DNA of 64,000 nucleotides, taken from positions 159,522-223,521 of the forward strand of contig DXCL01000026.1 of assembly GCA_019115995.1 (NCBI GenBank), read 5' to 3'. Positions 59,882-64,000 of this stretch are shown here, piece after piece. The DNA is from Candidatus Borkfalkia avistercoris (lineage in GTDB: Bacteria > Bacillota > Clostridia > Christensenellales > Borkfalkiaceae). The notes under the pieces were generated by a model. That model did no database searches. It was given only the letters and a program-made list of their open reading frames with translations, and was not told the DNA's origin. The position numbers and the translations under genes are program-made. How positions within the stretch are numbered: the stretch's first letter is position 1; each line of letters begins with the position of its first letter.

Positions 59882-61987
59882 ATGCGCGTTCTGATAGCGA
59901 AGAGCAGCGGGTTTTGCCGCGGGGTGCAGCATGCCGTAGACACGGCGATGTCGGCGCCCGCGGAGAACACTTATATTTTGGGAGAGCTGATCCATAATCC
60001 GAACGTTCTGGCGCAAATTGCCGGGCGGGGGATCAAGACCGTGGAAAACGTTTCGGAGGTACCGGACGGCGCGACGCTGATATTCCGTTCGCACGGAGTG
60101 GGGCAAGCCGTATACGAGGAATGCGGGCGAAGGGGGATAAAGGTGATAGATTGCACCTGCTCCTTTGTGAAGCGGATCCAGGACATCGTTCATGACTTGT
60201 CGGATACGGATAAGACCATCGTGATCGTCGGGAACGCGGCGCACCCGGAGGTCGTCGGGCTGAACGGGTGGTGCGGCGGCAGGGCGGTCGTGATCGACAG
60301 CCCCGAATCGCCCGAAATCGCTTCTCTTGCCGACAAAAATGTGGCGATCGTGAGCCAAACGACCTTTTCGGAAGAAAAATTTGATAAAATAATTAAAAAT
60401 ATTGAAAAAGTATGCAAAAAAACAGTTGAGATTTTCAAAACAATTTGTTATACTACTAAGGAGCGTCAGAGAGAAGCGGCGCAGCTCGCCGAACGATGTG
60501 ACGCGATGATCGTTCTCGGCGGCATGAACAGCAGCAATACGCAGAAACTTTATGAGATCTGCAAGTCGCGGTGCGATCGTGTATTTCGGTTGGCTTGCGC
60601 TGATGAATTTCAGCCGGAGACAATAAAAAATTTTAAAAATGTAGGCATTGTGAGCGGCGCGTCCACACCGCTTGCGCAAACTCAGGAGGTTCTTTTTAAG
60701 ATGGATAACAACACGGAAGTAAAAGCAACGAACGAAATGGAAGAAGTCGTTGCCCAAATGGATAACGGACAGTCAAAATTAAAGAGGGGGCAGCTTGTTA
60801 CTGCGATCATATCTTCGGCGACAGACGAAGGCGTGGCTGTGTTGTTACCGTTCTTCAAAAAGGAAATCTTGCTCGAAAAAGACGAGATCGACTGCGAGGA
60901 GTACAAAGCGGAAGATTATGCGTCTAAGGTCGGCGAAGAGATCGAAGTAATGGTCGTGAGCGCCGCAAACCCCGTAAAACTTTCCCAGAAGATCATTAAG
61001 CAGATTAAGGAAGAAGAGGGCAAGATCGCCGCGATCGAAGCGGGCGAGGAGTTCGATGTTACCTGCACGGGCTTCAATAAAGGCGGTCTGACCGCAGCGA
61101 TGGGCACCTATGCCGTGTTCGTTCCTGCGAAAGAGATCCGCATGGGTTACGTAAAAGAGCTCGACAAATACGTCGGCAAAAAGCTGCGCCTGAAAGCGCT
61201 CGAAATCAAAAAGTCTGACCGTAAAAAGGAGATCATCGCCTCTCAGCGCGTGATCCTCGAAGAGGAAAAAGCTGCCCGCGACGCCGCAAAGGCGGAGAAG
61301 GAAGCGGAATTCTTTGCCAATATCCACGTGGGAGACGTTGTGGAAGGCAAAGTGGAGCGCGTGACCAACTTCGGCGCGTTCGTTTCCGTGAATGGCTTTG
61401 ATTGCCTCGCGCATATTTCCGATCTTTCCTGGTCGGGCGTCAAGAACGTGACCGACGTTTTGGAGATCGGCAAAAAATACGAATTCAAAGTTTTGAAGAT
61501 CGACGAAGAAAATAAAAAGGTTTCCATCGGCTATAAGCAGTTGCAGCCGCAGCCGTGGGATCTGGTCGCCGAAAAGTATGCCGAGGGCGACGTGGTGCAC
61601 GGCAAAGTGGTGCGCATCGTTCCGTTCGGCGCGTTCGTCGAAATTGAAAACGGCGTAGACGGGCTCGTGCATGTTTCGCAGATCTCTCACGAATGGCTGG
61701 AAAATCCCACGTCTGTTCTTACGATCGGCGAGGAGATCGACGCGAAGATCCTCGTTCTCGATCCCGCAAACAAAAAGATGACTCTTTCCATCAAAGCGCT
61801 GTTGCCCGAACCCGAGGTAACGAAGGTTCGTACAAGAAGGGACGACGAAAAGAGCGACAGACCGAGGAACAGGAAGCCTCGTCAGGCGAGAGACGACCGT
61901 GAGGAAGGAGAATTCAGAGAATGGACGGAAGGCGGTATCGGCGGAGCGTCCATCGCTGAAATGTTGCAAAACAAAAACGATAACTAA
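59882..61987 (+). CDS. ispH: IspH (LytB) - ribosomal protein S1 fusion
   Basis: GFCRGV, LIHNP, RSHG, DCTC, HPEV, TIC.TT..RQ, SSNT, SGASTP; then four S1 repeats (FGAFV, GLVHVSQIS). Confidence 0.96.
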   Translation: MRVLIAKSSGFCRGVQHAVDTAMSAPAENTYILGELIHNPNVLAQIAGRGIKTVENVSEVPDGATLIFRSHGVGQAVYEECGRRGIKVIDCTCSFVKRIQDIVHDLSDTDKTIVIVGNAAHPEVVGLNGWCGGRAVVIDSPESPEIASLADKNVAIVSQTTFSEEKFDKIIKNIEKVCKKTVEIFKTICYTTKERQREAAQLAERCDAMIVLGGMNSSNTQKLYEICKSRCDRVFRLACADEFQPETIKNFKNVGIVSGASTPLAQTQEVLFKMDNNTEVKATNEMEEVVAQMDNGQSKLKRGQLVTAIISSATDEGVAVLLPFFKKEILLEKDEIDCEEYKAEDYASKVGEEIEVMVVSAANPVKLSQKIIKQIKEEEGKIAAIEAGEEFDVTCTGFNKGGLTAAMGTYAVFVPAKEIRMGYVKELDKYVGKKLRLKALEIKKSDRKKEIIASQRVILEEEKAARDAAKAEKEAEFFANIHVGDVVEGKVERVTNFGAFVSVNGFDCLAHISDLSWSGVKNVTDVLEIGKKYEFKVLKIDEENKKVSIGYKQLQPQPWDLVAEKYAEGDVVHGKVVRIVPFGAFVEIENGVDGLVHVSQISHEWLENPTSVLTIGEEIDAKILVLDPANKKMTLSIKALLPEPEVTKVRTRRDDEKSDRPRNRKPRQARDDREEGEFREWTEGGIGGASIAEMLQNKNDN

Positions 61988-61996
61988 GTAAAAATT

Positions 61997-62024
61997 AAGC
62001 CCCGCCGGTGTGCGGGGCTTTTTT
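61997..62024 (+). terminator. Intrinsic terminator after ispH-rpsA
   Basis: aagccccgc-cggtgt-gcggggctt-tttt. Confidence 0.85.
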
Positions 62025-62042
62025 ATAAAGAGAGGTGTTAAT

Positions 62043-63911
62043 ATGTCTAAACAAGGAAATATTCAGATATCAAGCGAAAACATGATGCCCATCATCAAAA
62101 AGTGGCTTTATTCTGATAAAGACATTTTTTTGAGGGAGATCGTTGCCAACGGCGTCGACGCGATCACGAAGTACAAGAAGCTTGTGGAAATGGGCGAAAC
62201 GGCGGAAGACGAGAGCAATAAAGATTATTGCATCAAAATATCTGTCGATAAAGACGCGAAAACGCTGACCGTTGAAGACAACGGCATCGGCATGACGGAA
62301 GACGAAGTGGAAAAATATATCACGCAGATCGCTTTTTCGGGCGCGGCGGATTTTCTCGCGCAATACGAAAAGGCGGGCGGCGACGGGATCATCGGGCATT
62401 TCGGCCTCGGCTTCTATTCCGCTTATATGGTTTCGGAGAATATCGAAATATATACAAAATCCTATCGGGAAGGCGCCAAAGGCGTACATTGGGAATCTGA
62501 CGGGGAAAGCACTTACACCATTGAAGAGTGCGACAAGGCGGAGCGCGGTACGAGAATCGTAATGCACATCGCCAAAGAAGAGAAGGAGTTTCTCGACGAG
62601 GGAAGGATCCGCGGGCTCATAGAAAAGTATTGCGCCTTTATGCCGTATAATATTTATTATAATTTTACGGGTAAAGACGATAAGGCGCTCAACGATACGA
62701 ATCCGCTGTATCTCAAAAATCCGAAAGACTGTTCGGAGGAAGAGTATAAAGAATTTTACCGCAAAACCTTCCACGACTATCACGATCCGCTTTTTTGGAT
62801 CCACCTCAATATGGAATATCCTTTCCGTCTGAAAGGCATTCTGTATTTTCCGAAGGTCAAGAGCAAGGTAGAGCTTGAACGCGGCAAGGTAAAATTATAC
62901 TGCAATCAGGTCTACATTGCGGACAACATCAAGGAGGTCATTCCCGAATTTCTTACCCTGCTCAACGGCGTCATTGATTGTCCGGATATCCCGCTGAACG
63001 TGAGCCGCAGCTTTTTACAGAACGACAGGCAGGTGCAGAAAATTTCCCGCCACATCACAAAGAAGGTGGCAGACAAGCTTACGGGGCTTTACAAGACGGA
63101 TCGGGAAAAATTCGAACAGTGCTGGAACGATATTTCCGTCTTTATCAAGCTCGGCTGTATCAAAGACGAAGACTTCTATTCCAAGGTCAAAGATATTATC
63201 ATCTATAAAGACCTGAACGGCGAATATAAGAGCCTCGACGAATTTATCGGCAAAAAGCCGGAAGAAGAAAAAGCGGCTGAGGGAGAAGCCGAGCAAAACG
63301 GAGAAAAGAAGGAGGAAGAAAAGCAGCCGACGACGATCTATTATATTTCCGATGAGGTCGGACAGGCGCAGTATATCGACATGTTCAAAAACGCGGGTCT
63401 GAACGCGATCGTCTGCGATACGTTTATCGACACGCATTTTGTGAGCTATCTCGAATATAAAGAGCCGACCAAATTCCGCTTTTTGCGTATCGACGCGGAC
63501 GTAGACGCCGCCTTGAAGAGTGCGGAGGCGGGAAGCGAAGAGGAGAACAAGGCGTTGACGGAGGCCTTCAAAGCCGCGCTTAAAAATACGGACGTAGCCG
63601 TTAAAGCCGAAAAATTGAAAAACGAAAGCGTGCCTGCCATCATCAACGTCTCGGAATTTTCGAGGAGATTCGGCGAAATGAACGCTTTTTACGGCATGGC
63701 TGGCGCCGATACGGACAGAGACATGACTCTGATCATCAACACCGCAAATCCCGTCATACAGGCGTTTACGGGGCTTGACGAGGACAAGAAGAAGTTTGTC
63801 GCGAACCAGGTCTATTATATGGCTCGGCTCGCTTATAAAAAACTGTCTCCCGAGGAAATGAAGGAGTTTGCCGAAAACAACGCGGCTCTGCTCAAAAATT
63901 ATATCGGCTGA
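62043..63911 (+). CDS. htpG: Chaperone HtpG (Hsp90)
   Basis: LYSDKDIFLRE...N..DA, DNGIGM, IGHFGLGFYS, IPLNVSRSFLQ; start at ATG 62043. Confidence 0.97.
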   Translation: MSKQGNIQISSENMMPIIKKWLYSDKDIFLREIVANGVDAITKYKKLVEMGETAEDESNKDYCIKISVDKDAKTLTVEDNGIGMTEDEVEKYITQIAFSGAADFLAQYEKAGGDGIIGHFGLGFYSAYMVSENIEIYTKSYREGAKGVHWESDGESTYTIEECDKAERGTRIVMHIAKEEKEFLDEGRIRGLIEKYCAFMPYNIYYNFTGKDDKALNDTNPLYLKNPKDCSEEEYKEFYRKTFHDYHDPLFWIHLNMEYPFRLKGILYFPKVKSKVELERGKVKLYCNQVYIADNIKEVIPEFLTLLNGVIDCPDIPLNVSRSFLQNDRQVQKISRHITKKVADKLTGLYKTDREKFEQCWNDISVFIKLGCIKDEDFYSKVKDIIIYKDLNGEYKSLDEFIGKKPEEEKAAEGEAEQNGEKKEEEKQPTTIYYISDEVGQAQYIDMFKNAGLNAIVCDTFIDTHFVSYLEYKEPTKFRFLRIDADVDAALKSAEAGSEEENKALTEAFKAALKNTDVAVKAEKLKNESVPAIINVSEFSRRFGEMNAFYGMAGADTDRDMTLIINTANPVIQAFTGLDEDKKKFVANQVYYMARLAYKKLSPEEMKEFAENNAALLKNYIG

Positions 63912-63950
63912 TCAGCTTTGGCGGGAGAGAAAGATCCGAATAAAATCGTA

Positions 63951-63989
63951 CAATAAAAAACGGCGTGAATTTCGCGCCGTTTTTTATTG
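63951..63989. terminator. Bidirectional terminator after htpG
   Basis: caataaaaaacggcgtgaa-t-ttcgcgccgttttttattg. Confidence 0.88.
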
Positions 63990-64000
63990 TCGGCTCACCG

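Noticed and set aside
61988-62042. CIRCE or CtsR heat-shock operator before htpG
   Set aside because: No TTAGCACTC-N9-GAGTGCTAA or CtsR heptad repeat is visible

Overview
This is core chromosome of a spore-forming Clostridia-type Firmicute (spoVG, complete spoIIIAA-AH, ispH-rpsA fusion, sigma-A/sigma-E promoters). I found no mobile element, CRISPR array, rRNA or tRNA. Gene order: probable ftsZ 3' end; spoVG/murC; DUF815 ATPase; ilvC; ftsK-rimO-pgsA-cinA-recA-nadE; rny; spoIIIAA-AH; asp23-nusB-folD-ispA-tlyA-flaR; a PadR-disordered-4TM protein; thioesterase-YgjP; an arg operon (argG C J B D F carA carB, no argH); iscS-thiI; DUF4965-GH2-galT-galE; a biotin/Na+-pump decarboxylase cluster; HI0933-aroH/cmk-plsC-ispH/rpsA; htpG. 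The most notable observations are: (1) CarB fused to a DapF domain whose first catalytic Cys is replaced by Ala, in an arg operon lacking argH; (2) an internal promoter plus in-frame RBS inside the ispH-rpsA fusion; (3) a membrane-anchored PadR with a very long acidic linker; (4) a 'glutaminase' DUF4965 protein carrying clan GH-O-like glycosidase motifs; (5) a degenerate carboxyltransferase in the Na+-pump operon; (6) an AroH-Cmk fusion. All calls come from motif recognition by eye; no database searches were run.
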